Shown here: positions 52,246-64,000 of the stretch, in pieces
Numbering within the stretch: the first letter of the stretch is position 1
How the letters are laid out: every line of letters starts with the position of its first letter
Origin: Eledone cirrhosa
Taxonomy: Eukaryota
Reading direction: 5' to 3'
NCBI GenBank assembly: GCA_964016885.1
Contig: OZ024751.1
Location: 28,272,001 to 28,336,000, forward strand
Length of the DNA stretch: 64,000 nucleotides
Position numbers and translations under genes: made by a program
Notes under the pieces: model-generated
Told to the model about the DNA's origin: nothing
Seen by the model: only the letters and a program-made list of their open reading frames with translations
The model's database searches: none

Positions 52246-53298
52246 AATAAAGAAAGAGAAATAGAAAGAAAGAAAAGTAAAACGAAAGAAGGATAGAAAG
52301 GGAAAGCAAAGAGGTCACTGGATGGGGTGGTTAGGTCTTCTCCTCATATGGAAATCAGGAAACAATTATCCAGAATTTTGAACCTTCTGCTCGTTTGTAT
52401 TACTTTGTGGCCTTCGTCACCGCCATTAGCATTGCTACTGTCACCGACATCTTTAAGATAGCAAACAGCTACCTTCTTCTCCTGCACCTCTCCTTCCTCC
52501 TCTTCCTCTTCCTTCACCTCTTCCTCCTCCTCCTCCTCTTCCGATACCACTAGGAATATCAATACCAAAACCACCACCACCACCACCACCACCACCACCG
52601 CCGCCATCACCACCACCACCACCACCACAACCAACAACAACTATATCATCCACCACCATCACCATCATTACCACCACCATTACCATCATCACCACCACCA
52701 CCACCATCACCACCACCACCAACAACATCATCCACCACCACAACCAACACCATCACCACCACCACCACCATCAACAACAACAACATGATCTACCATGGCC
52801 AGCAAGAACACAACTCCCACCACTACCATCATTTACATCACTACTACTTCTGTCACCAGCACCACATATTTCCTGTCCTCCCCCCCCCCCGTCCCGCATC
52901 TCCTCTCCCTCCTGCCCCTCCTCTTCCTCCTCTTCCGATATCTCCACCACCACCACAACCACCACCACCACCACCACCACCATCATTAACATCACAACCA
53001 CTTCTACTATCACCACCATCATCACATATTTCTCTTCCTTCTCCTCCTCTTCCTCCTCTTCCTCCTCCTCCCCCTCGACCCCCCCTACCCCTCCCCCCTC
53101 CTCATGTCCCTTATGCAACATGCCAACAATTTCGCTAATCCTTTGCTCTCAGAGTCCTTTCGAGTATGTAAATCATCGCATTGCAGAGTATTTCAAAAAC
53201 ACGAACACATAAACACACAGAAATATATATACATACACATATACATACAAGTATATATATATATATGAGTGTGTGGACATGTTATACACATATATATA

Positions 53299-53351
<53 letters not shown>

Positions 53352-53888
53352 GAACATTCTTTGCTTCTGTTAAACGTACATTAGGTTTACACAGATATCT
53401 GTACATACATACATACACACACACACACGTACGTACATACATACATACATACATACATACATCTAGAAACAAGATCAAATGTACATATATACAGATATAT
53501 AGCCTTGGGCAACGATTTAATCACACACACATGCACACATACATACGCACACAACACGCACGCATACACACACAAACACACATGCATCTAACTACATATA
53601 TTGGGACATATGAATAAATAAATAGATAGATAGATAGATAGATATACAAACATGCTCACACCCACACACACACGCACACACGCACAACGCTCACACACAC
53701 AAAGACGCATAAACACACGCACACGCGCACACAAAGACACACACACACACACGCGCACACAAAGACACACACATACACACACGCGCACGCACGCACACAC
53801 ACACAGAGTTGGTAGATAAGGTTTACTTAAAAATCAGACAACTGATGAAGGAAAACTTCTCCCGTTCATGCTTTCTTCTTATTTTTAA

Positions 53889-53963
<75 letters not shown>

Positions 53964-53968
<5 letters not shown>

Positions 53969-54140
53969 ATGTTAAATAAATGGAAACTATATTTATAAAA
54001 CCATATTTATTCTATTATATATATTTCAAGGGTACCAAAAACTTTGGTACGCTTTCATCAAATAAAATACAAAGAGTGTTTTATAAATTTTGACATAGCC
54101 AAGGAAACCATACCTTATCAGTTGAATTTTCCTTGGGTAG
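53964..54140 (-). ncRNA. Hammerhead element of the 16461 family with core C3>T mutation
   Basis: Near-identical to 16461-16630 but with TTGATGA. Confidence 0.7.
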
Positions 54141-55029
54141 TGAGATTAAAGAACGGGTATTTCAAACATTATGGGTGAATATGCAAATGAATATGTAAAT
54201 AAGGTTGAGTTATATGATTGAAAAACCGTTATTTTAAACGCTATGGAAAGTTTAGATATATAAAAATAAGAGAGAAAGAAAGAAAAAAGAAAAAAAGAAA
54301 AAGGAAAAAGAAGACCTCTTATATACGTTAATTTTGGGGAAATAAATTCGAATATTTACCTATATTATGTATATATTTATATGGAGAATTATGTTTGTAA
54401 GTATTTATCTTATAAGTGGGTTAAATATATAAATATCTCTATATATATTTTAATAATAGCATATGTATTTTTATTTAAAAGATAATTTGCAATTATTAGT
54501 TGTTTATAATATGAGTTACGAGAGATGTTGATTTTGTGTTTTATTATAGATAAATAAATAAATAAATAAATAGGTAGTTCAAGTTTTAGGTGACTGTTCT
54601 TAATATGAGTTACGAGGGTGTAAATTTTGTATTTTATGTAAATAAATAGGTAGTTAAAATTATGAATTTATATATTTGGATAACTTGTTCGGCATTGAGA
54701 ATGTTTTAAATTAAATTAAGGGAGTTAGGTATAATAAGTTTATATGATTGAAAAAGGAAACATAACTCCGATTTTATTTGTTAATCGTTAGTGTGAGATT
54801 AATTAATTATTTAGTCGAAAGAAATATGAATGTTTAAACATCGTCTTGAATAGGATATATTTTCCTAAAATCAGTTAATGGTTATTAATCTATGTTTAAA
54901 AAAATAGCTTTAGACGGTGTCATTGGAAAAATAAAGAATTAAAAAAAAAAAAAAAAAAAAATTTAAAAATTAAAAAATTAAAATTAAAATTATATAGATA
55001 TACATAAATATATATAAATATCTGTACAC

Positions 55030-55078
<49 letters not shown>

Positions 55079-55081
55079 GTA

Positions 55082-55948
55082 GTGGACTATTGTATGCGCC
55101 TTGCACTGGAGAAACACCAGGACTCTGGCTTTACTGTAGCACCGGCTCAGAGCAGGGGAGTTAAGGCGAAAAAGATATCAGATGCTGAATTTGCCGACGA
55201 CATAGTTTTGGTCACAAATACAGTGAAGGAGGCAAATGATTTGATGCAGGAGGTTGAGACTGTGTCGATGAGTGCGGGGCTGAGAATAAATGAGACTAAA
55301 ACAAAATATCTGGTAGAGAATGTTGAGAAGCCAGAGGGGATCACTAATGTAGGCGGGAAGCCGCTAGAATTGGTTGAGGACTTCCTGTATTTGGGAGCAA
55401 AGATTGGGAATACGGAAGATGATGTGGTTGAGAGGAAGAGCAAAGCCTGGGCGGCGTGCCACAGCTTGAGATCGGTGTGGAAGTCGGACCTTCATAAAGA
55501 CCTGAAAATCCGCCTCTTCATTGCTGTAGTGGAGTCTGTGTTGCTGTACGGGTCTGAGACTTGAACACTGACCAAGAAACTCACTCAGATGGTGGATTGG
55601 TGCTACACGAGAATGCTGAGGATGGCTCTGAACATTAATCAGTATACAATGAGGATGAAAAACTCAGAGCTGTATGGGAGCCTCCCAAAAGTCAGCTCAA
55701 AAGTGACACAGGGGAGGCTGAGGTTAGCTGGACATGCTCACCGACATCCAGAGTTGACATTGCACTCAGTGCTCCTGTGGGAACCCCTACATGGACACAC
55801 TGGAAGAGGAAGACCAAAGTTAACGTATGTTGATGCCCTAAGGACAGACACTGGTCTGTTGGAGACGCAGGACATTGCAGCGATAATGAGGGACAGAGAC
55901 CGCTGGAGAGAACTCGTCCATGGATCTCGGAAATTTTACCCGCCCTAG
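55082..55948 (+). pseudogene. RTE-clade retrotransposon RT C-terminal fragment
   Basis: FADDIVL, DFLYLG, VLLYGSET*T (TGA at conserved Trp), RLAGH, GRGRPKLTYVD, DRDRWR; bounded by (TA)n. Confidence 0.88.
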
Positions 55949-55949
55949 A

Positions 55950-56048
<99 letters not shown>

Positions 56049-56164
56049 GAAATTATTTTGCTGAAAGGTGAAAGTACTACAAATATTAGAGATATTAATA
56101 TATTAAAAATATAAATTGTTAAAAAAGATAGGATCATTTTGAAGATTTATAGGAATATTATAAG

Positions 56165-57585
56165 TTACACATAGTTCTGAATGTAAAATTTTGGCGATGT
56201 CTGCAAGAATTAAATAATTCTGTTCTGAGATTAATAGAGTTTTGACAGTTAATTAGATAAAAAATTTCTTCAATACACACAATTTACAGAATTTTGATAA
56301 AGCCATGTTTCGGTAGGATATGCTTTCGAAATCGTTTTCCAAGATATTGAATAGTATATATTCTTGCTTTTTAAGTTCCATATAAGATGTGAAAGAGAAG
56401 TAGAAGATTTTTTTTATCAGATCTTCTGAAAGAGTGATTATGGTTATTCCAGCGATCTATAAATTTTGTAGAAGTGGTACTGACATAGTTAAATATATTA
56501 TCACTAGTTTTAACTGTGCATTTATAGACTATGTTTTTATCTAAACACTTATTTTGTAAAGGGCAGTTTAATTTTATTCTACAGTTACATTTTATGGAGT
56601 TGTTGTTGCTCGGAACGGTACTATTAGGTTGGATATTGCTAGAAATATTATTATTGCTATTATCGTTATTTTGGTTAGGGTTTAAATTTAAGTTTCTATT
56701 ATTAATTCTATTTATATTTTGTGCTATATTCATAGTAATAGAGTAGGATAGTTTTATAGTATGTCTGTTAAAGATTGAGTGGTATCTGTGGGCTTTAGGA
56801 AAACATTTGTCTAGTGCTTTAAAGAATAGTTTTGCTAAAGGTGTTTTAACGCTTAATGAGAATGGGGGTGAGTACCAAATAATATTTCTAGTTCTAGTTC
56901 TTTTGTTTGTTTTACAGTTTAAGTTAAATTGTTTATTATTATTATTATAATTAATCCCGCCGAGGTTGACTTTGCCTTTCATCCTTACGGGGTCGATAAA
57001 ATAAAGTACCAGTAATGCACTGGGTAATTGCTGGCCTTGTGCCTAAAGTAGAAACAATTATTATTATAATTAATACTAGGGTGATTTGTCTTGTTATTGT
57101 TGTCAATGTATTTAATTTTATTCGTATACCCTGCTCTATTTAAAGCTTCATTATAATATTCAGCCTGATCATCAAAAATATTTTTATTAGCAGAGATGCG
57201 TGAAATTCGTTGTGGGACGCTATTAACAATAGTGTTCTTAATAGATCTAGGATGATTAGAGTTAAAACTTACGTAATTTAGATTCTCATTAATTTTATGG
57301 AAAGGATAGTAAAGCCCTGTGCTAAGTTTTAATGTTACGTCTAAAAAGTTAACGATTTTATAGTTATTCTCTATTTCTAACTTAAGGTTATAATTATTGT
57401 AGAATTGTATCATGGATTTTCTTTTCCTATTAATTTCACAATTACTATGGTTTTCAATTAAAAGCAGCATATCATCACGATATGAACCACCGGTCATCTC
57501 TGGCATTTTCCTATGCAGTGTATTATTAATAAATAAGCCAACAAGATCCGTTATTTGCGCCGAGTCAGATGATCCCATAGTCAGA
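56165..57585 (-). pseudogene. Penelope-like element (Naiad-type) RT + GIY-YIG, frameshifted and SINE-interrupted
   Basis: MGSSDSAQITDLVGL, YRDD, VNFLDVTL, SNHP, RNIIWYSPPFS, CNCRIKLNCPL..C..NIVYKC, RWNNH, and C-terminal CKLCIEE...LRTELFNSCRH. Confidence 0.85.
56956..57057 (+). mobile_element. 5'-truncated SINE inserted in the PLE with 17-bp TSD
   Basis: ttattattataattaat at 56939-56955 and 57058-57074. Confidence 0.85.
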
Positions 57586-57802
57586 TGATCAATCGTCAGT
57601 ACTTTAAATAAAGCCCTTATTGTACAGCCAACCATGTTACTCTTCTTTCTTTAACTATTATTACTCCAAGAAATTACCGCGATCTCGCTGCAAAACTATG
57701 GAAACATCTTGTTGAGTCAAACAAAGCCGTACGTTAAAACTATCCACGACGCGGAGTACTCACAACCTCTAACTGGATTACCTATAACGATAACTTGTTA
57801 TC

Positions 57803-57845
<43 letters not shown>

Positions 57846-57933
57846 TATATATATATATTGAAAGGGGGTTAGGCCAACGAGGATGTGCGGACCACGATTG
57901 TAATAAATCAAAACCAAATGAATATGGCCTCGG

Positions 57934-57975
<42 letters not shown>

Positions 57976-58484
57976 CGGAAACAAAAAACTAGAAAAAATA
58001 GAGACCAGTCATCAACAAGTCTACTGCTTGGATAGTTTGTGTAAGATAAAATGTCCCCGAGTTTCACTGTGACAGAGGTCCCCAGTCTACGTATGTTTGT
58101 CGCGGCTAATATGTTTGTATGTTTACCTATGTCAATATTGTCGCGGCGGCGAGGTTGGGGGAGGGGAGGCTGCGTCATCGGTCGTGGTGTTGGTGTTGGA
58201 GGTGGTGTGGTAGTACCTGTGGTTTTAGTGGGTGGTGATGGTGGAAAGAAGGGGAGGTCACTCTATTTGTTGACTGTCAATTCCGATTACAGCAACTATG
58301 TCAATTTACCGAGGCAACGATCGTCGTCTCTGTTTGACCCTACGCGCTCTCCAAAACCTCTGCCCTCCTCCACCATTCCAACAATATCCTATTCTAACCC
58401 ATCACCCCGGCAACCGGTCTCCTCTCCTGCTTCTCTTCGTTTGAATACACACACACACACACACAGGCACAAACACAGACACAC

Positions 58485-58547
<63 letters not shown>

Positions 58548-58722
58548 TATGTATATATATATACATACATATATATATATAATATATATATATACATATA
58601 TATATACGTGTGTGTGTGTGTGTGTGTGCCATATACATATATATATATATATATACACACATACATGTATGTATATATGTATGTATATATATATATACAT
58701 ATACATATATATGTATATATAT

Positions 58723-58782
<60 letters not shown>

Positions 58783-58798
58783 GATATACATATGTATA

Positions 58799-58854
<56 letters not shown>

Positions 58855-59224
58855 TATAAATATCATATATATACGATATATATATATATATATATACGTG
58901 TATAAATCTGACTATATATTTATTTGTTTGTATGTTGTTTGTGTTAGTCCTTTAGTCTTTTTGTATGTTTTGTCTGACTAGGTATTTCTCTCTCCTTCCC
59001 CCTCCCTCTCCCTCTCAATCACTCACACACACTCTCCTTCTCTCTCTCTTTCTCCCACTCCCTCCCTCTCCCTCCCTCCCTCCCTCTCCCTCTCTCTCTC
59101 TCCCTCTCTCTCTCTCCAGTTAGGCCATCAATAAGGAAGGACATCGGCGTGGTGCACAGCAGGCACTGCGCAGCACGACATCAGGCATTGTGAAGTTGGT
59201 GGCTGTGATGGTGGTGTTGGTTTA

Positions 59225-59545
59225 CATGGTGGTAGTAGTGACGTTGGTAGTGGGGTGGGGGTGGCAGTGGTAGTAATGATGGTGGTGATGGTTGTCATGG
59301 TGGTAGTAGTGACGTTGGTAGTGGAGGTGGTGGCAGTGGTAGTAATGATGGTGGTGATGGTTGTCATGGTGGTAGTACTGACGTTGGTAGTGGGGTGGGG
59401 GTGGCAGTGGTAGTAATGATGGTGGTGATGGTTGTCATGGTGGTAGTACTGACGTTGGTAGTGGGGTGGGGGTGGCAGTGGTAGTAATGATGGTGGTGAT
59501 GGTTGTCATGGTGGTAGTACTGACGTTGGTAGTGGGGTGGGGGTG
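59225..59545. repeat. ~71-bp minisatellite, 4.5 copies
   Basis: catggtggtagta(g/c)tgacgttgg at 59225, 59296, 59365, 59436 and 59507. Confidence 0.9.
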
Positions 59546-59998
59546 CAGTGGTAAGAATATTGGTGGCAGTGGTGGTGGTGGGGGGGGGGGGGGGGTGCAG
59601 TACTAGTAATATTGGTGGTGGTAGTGGCAGTGGTGGTAGTGGCAGTGGTAGTGGCGGTGGTGCCTGTGGTGTTGTTGTTGTTGTTGGTGATAGTGGTGGC
59701 AGTGGTAGGAATGTGATGGTGGTGGTCCTTGTGGTGCTGGTCGTAGTGGTGGCAGTGGTAGGAAAATTGGTGGTGGTGGTGGTAGTGGTGGCAGTGGTGG
59801 TGGTGGTGGCTTAGGTTCTGGATATTCTGATGCTATACGTCTCTTACGCCGCTCACTTTGATATATTCCCAACACACAACACAATCCATCACCCTCTCCT
59901 CCCCCAGGGACCAAACCCCTCCCTCATGAACCCCCATCTCTTCCACGAACCTCACCCCCTCACATACACAACGTCATCGCATTTCCTTTTCCTTCTCC

Positions 59999-60053
<55 letters not shown>

Positions 60054-60887
60054 ATTTTTGCTGTTATTTAGGGTCCTTAACAATGTAATCTGCCCTGCAG
60101 CCGACCAGCACACAGAGGTTTTCGGTACACAACAACCCCTGTTAACCCCTGCTACCCGCCACAACACTGTTTGCTCCTTGCAACGTAATCATTTCGGGAA
60201 TGTGAGCACAGTTGTGAAAAATTCAACTTTAAAGACCTGTTTCGGTCCTAAATGGCTGGACTGGTCAAATATTACGCATGCTTCGACAGCAATCTCTCTC
60301 ACTCCTTCCCTCTCTCTCTCTCCCCCTTTCTTTCTCGCCCCTTCTCTCTCGCCCTCTCTCCTCTCGCCTCCTCTCACTCTCCCTCTCTCTATCTAACTTT
60401 CCAGGTCTCCTCACACACACAACTCGACGGAATTCTCTTTTCTCTCTCTCTATCCCCCCATACATCTCCACCGTACCCTCTGTCTCTCTCTCTTACCTGG
60501 CCTTCCCCCTCCCCGACCTGCACCAACACAATCATCCAATAAACCAGCCCCTCAGGCAATCAGTCCACCTGTCTGTCTATCAGTCACACCCTCTCACCAT
60601 AACTCCTTTCCCCATCACGTGTCATTCAATACACACGATCTGATACACAAGAACTTAGGACGAATATCTATAGACACATATCCATGCGTATAAGCATACA
60701 TAGACGCTGGCGCAAACACACACACACACATACACACACACACTCTCTCACTCACAAACATACACACACAAACACGAACACACAAACAAACACACACACA
60801 CTCACACACACAAACACACACATATACACCGATGCACACATACATATATATAGGCTCATGCGCTTATACATGTGTGTTTGTATGACC

Positions 60888-60964
<77 letters not shown>

Positions 60965-61895
60965 TGAGTGTTTGAGTGAGTGACTGTGTGTGTGTGTGTG
61001 TGTACATCACTAACAAATTAGAGCGTCGAACAAATTGCTTTGCGGCTTTCAGCGTTCCGTTTACAAATCACCTTCAGGTCAACATTGAATATCATCCGAC
61101 CGAAGACGATCAAAATAAAGTACCAGTAATGTATTGGTTCGATTTAATTGACTTTACTCTGTCCCCTCCCCCACACAATTGCTGTACACACACACACATA
61201 TATATATTTATATATATTAATATATATATATTTACATATGTATATATATACACATGTGTGCGTGTAGACTTATATATATATATATACACACACTCTTACA
61301 TACATATACATAGATACATATATATATACATATATGTATATATATATGTATATATATATTTGTATGTATATATATTTATATATATGTATGTGCATATATA
61401 TGTATGTATGCATGTGGGCGGAAGAACTCATAAGAGTCAACGGCCATCCGAAAGTGTGTAAATATGTATATACACATGTACCGCGCAGTTAAACCACTGG
61501 GAGTGAAGGACCCCCTAGCCTTTGACAGGGCATTCTTCTAGGAGAAGGCATCTCAGGAAACTGGGATAACTCCGATATAAAACCTGCGGCTCAGTAGTTA
61601 CCGATGATGTTGATCTTTTCTTCTTTTCGGGTTATATCTACTGTCGCTCAGAGAGTGGGATTGGCTCAGTGCACAGTCTTTCCTCACTTTAAAAAATATC
61701 TTCACGCACAGGCATTGCACGATAGAATTAATTAATAATTATTAATAATGGTATATCGTGCAATGGCCATACTCGATAACGAGGGGGCAGCCATTATGTA
61801 TATATATATATATATATAACGAAGGAAATGTGGTAAGGAACCAGGTGGACCATAACGCACCAAAGTACTCAATACTTAGGGTAGTAGAGTGGGTA

Positions 61896-62007
61896 ATAGG
61901 AACGAGTAGGACCCCGACGGCTGAGCTCAAGCCGTTTCGACGGCTAATTCTGGACCAGAATTAGCCGTCGAAACGGCTTGAGCTCAGCCGTCGGGGTCCT
62001 ACTCGTT

Positions 62008-62012
<5 letters not shown>
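61896..62012. mobile_element. Perfect 58-bp-arm palindrome containing hammerhead 3' half
   Basis: Centre at 61954; GAAACGGCT..AGCCGTC (stem III + GTC); single-arm relative at ~40203-40275. Confidence 0.8.
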
Positions 62013-62085
<73 letters not shown>

Positions 62086-62131
62086 TGTGTGTTTGTGTGT
62101 GTATACACACACAGATATATATATATATATC

Positions 62132-62213
<82 letters not shown>

Positions 62214-62476
62214 CACAAACAATACACCTGTATGCTTGGTTTCCTGTCTTGGCGTTGGTCGTTATTTTCATGCTCGATCGATTGTTTACAAATTAACATA
62301 TAATTAATTGATGATTGATTACACCTGGCACACACACACACACACACACACTCATGACATATGTACACATACACACACTCTCACACACACACACGCACAT
62401 ATGTATATGTATATATTTATATATATAATAACGAAATATTTTAATACATATAAACTTATATTATATATATACACTC

Positions 62477-62790
62477 GGTGGATTGGCAGTATCGGTAGAG
62501 GGTCGGACGCCATGCTTTCTAGCATAGAGTTACGCCCCTTGCCATTCTGAGTTCAAATTCCTCCGAGGTTAACTTTGCCTTTCATCCTTACGGGGTTGAT
62601 AAAATAAAGTACCAGTAATGCACTGGAGTATTTACTGGCCTTGTGCCAAAATGTAGAAACAATTAATAATTGTTTCTACTTTAGGCACAAGGCCAGCAAA
62701 TACCCCAGTGTATTACTGGTACTTTATTTTATCGACCCCGTAAGGATGAAAGGCAAAGTTAACCTCGGAGGAATTTGAACTCAGATCACC
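62477..62790. mobile_element. Tail-to-tail SINE pair
   Basis: + copy 62477-62665; - copy 62668-62790. Confidence 0.8.
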
Positions 62791-63400
62791 GCCATTTAAT
62801 AATAATAGTTATAGAGAAGCTGACAGAATTTTTAGAGCCTCGTTTCTTTTCATTTTATTTTATCTTATTTTATTTTTCTTTAGTTTTCGTTTTTTGGGTT
62901 TTATAATTTGTTATAGTTGTTGCTGTTGTTGTTGTTGTTGTTATTGTTGTTGTTGTTATTATTATTGTTGTTGTTGTTGTTGTTGTTTTTGCTGTTATTA
63001 TTCTTGTCAATGTTGTAGTTGTTGTTATTGTTGTTGTTATTATTATAGTTGTTGTTATTGTTGTTATTATTTTTGTTGTTGTTATTATTATTGTTATTGT
63101 TATTGTTATTGTTGTTGTAATTATTTTTGTTGTTGTTATTATTGTTGTTGTTATTGTTGTTGTTATTATTGTTGTTGTTATTGTTGTTGTTATTAGTGTT
63201 ATCTTGTTATTGTTATTGTTGTTGCTATTATTGTTGTTGTTGTCATTATTATTGTGGTTATTATTGTTGTTGTTGCTATTATTTTTGGTGTTGTTTTTTG
63301 TTGTCATAATTGTTTTAAATATAATTGTTGTTGTCATTGTTATTATTATCATCACTCTTCTTATTATCATTATAGTTGTTGTTGTTATTATTATTATTAT

Positions 63401-63690
63401 TAATGGGCCTACTCTGACCATGCGCCTACAGGATAGCTAATTTGAGGGTGCCCTAGAAGCGCAGGGTGGTTCTGGATTGGTGGGGTACGCGAGTCACCCC
63501 AGGGTTGTCCACCTCCTATAGGGGAATTTATTTTGTTATATTTATGCATAGTTTATTTTATATTTTTATATCTTCATTGTTAACTTAGTCTTGCCATTGT
63601 GCACTTTTACTCGACCTTATTGTAAACCACCACTGTCCTGTCTCTGTATTGTCCCCTACATGTCGGCCATTGTGGCTAATAAATGAAATC
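63401..63690 (+). mobile_element. Tx1-like 3' end fragment in (ATT)n
   Basis: NGPTLTMRL plus a 3' UTR like that of 32872; ends AATAAATGAAATC GTTATTATT. Confidence 0.75.
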
Positions 63691-63705
63691 GTTATTATTA
63701 TTGTA

Positions 63706-64000
63706 TAGTATAAATGTACGTAGCCTGGGGTCATCTTGGAAGCAGGGTCACCTGCTCAACGACCTCAGATCACTAAACATAGATGTGGTCGCCATCAGCG
63801 ATACCAGAATCTCCGAAGCACGAGCCTTCGCACCGATTTTCGGCGGCTACGATGTATACGCATCTCCAGCCGTCCAGGATCGGGGGGAGGGGTGGCAGTG
63901 CTTTTTCGGAGAGGCTTGGATGTCGCCATGCGGGCCATATTCCTGGACCCAGAAGGTAAGTCGGTGGTGCTGGACGTGACCGGCAGCGAAGGCAATGCTT
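63706..64000 (+). pseudogene. Tx1 ORF2 N-terminal (APE) region, frameshifted, runs off the window
   Basis: SINVRSLGSSWKQGHLLNDLRSLNIDVVAISDTR matches the ORF2 start. Confidence 0.85.

Noticed and set aside
55561-55564. In-frame TGA in RTE fragment as possible recoding
   Set aside because: It falls at a conserved Trp (TGG>TGA) in a truncated copy, i.e. ordinary decay.
59110-60300. Possible host exons after polypyrimidine tracts
   Set aside because: No convincing open frame with paired splice sites or recognisable protein; the pyrimidine tracts are (CT)n repeats.

Overview
AT-rich, microsatellite-saturated animal genomic DNA with no host protein-coding gene that I can support. The tRNA-headed Nin-DC-type SINEs and simple-repeat load suggest an octopus/cephalopod, but this is inference. 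Most short ORFs in the track are translations of simple repeats. (1) Two intact, ~99.8% identical, head-to-tail full-length L1/Tx1-clade non-LTR retrotransposons lie on the minus strand (3294-9324, 9378-15407; ORF1 zinc knuckle, ORF2 APE-RT-Zn finger) within an (AAT)n tract. Truncated relatives end in either (ATT)n or (ATCT)n. (2) There is a degenerate Naiad-like Penelope element (RT + GIY-YIG), an RTE fragment, mariner remnants, a MITE and many SINE copies. (3) The most striking pattern is a population of short non-coding inserts in (TA)n tracts that are long, near-perfect fold-back palindromes carrying type I hammerhead ribozyme cores (CTGANGA...GAAA). Several sequence families occur, some with a ribozyme on each strand, and they show recurrent termini and fold-back points. 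They look like non-autonomous Penelope/retrozyme-like hairpin elements.
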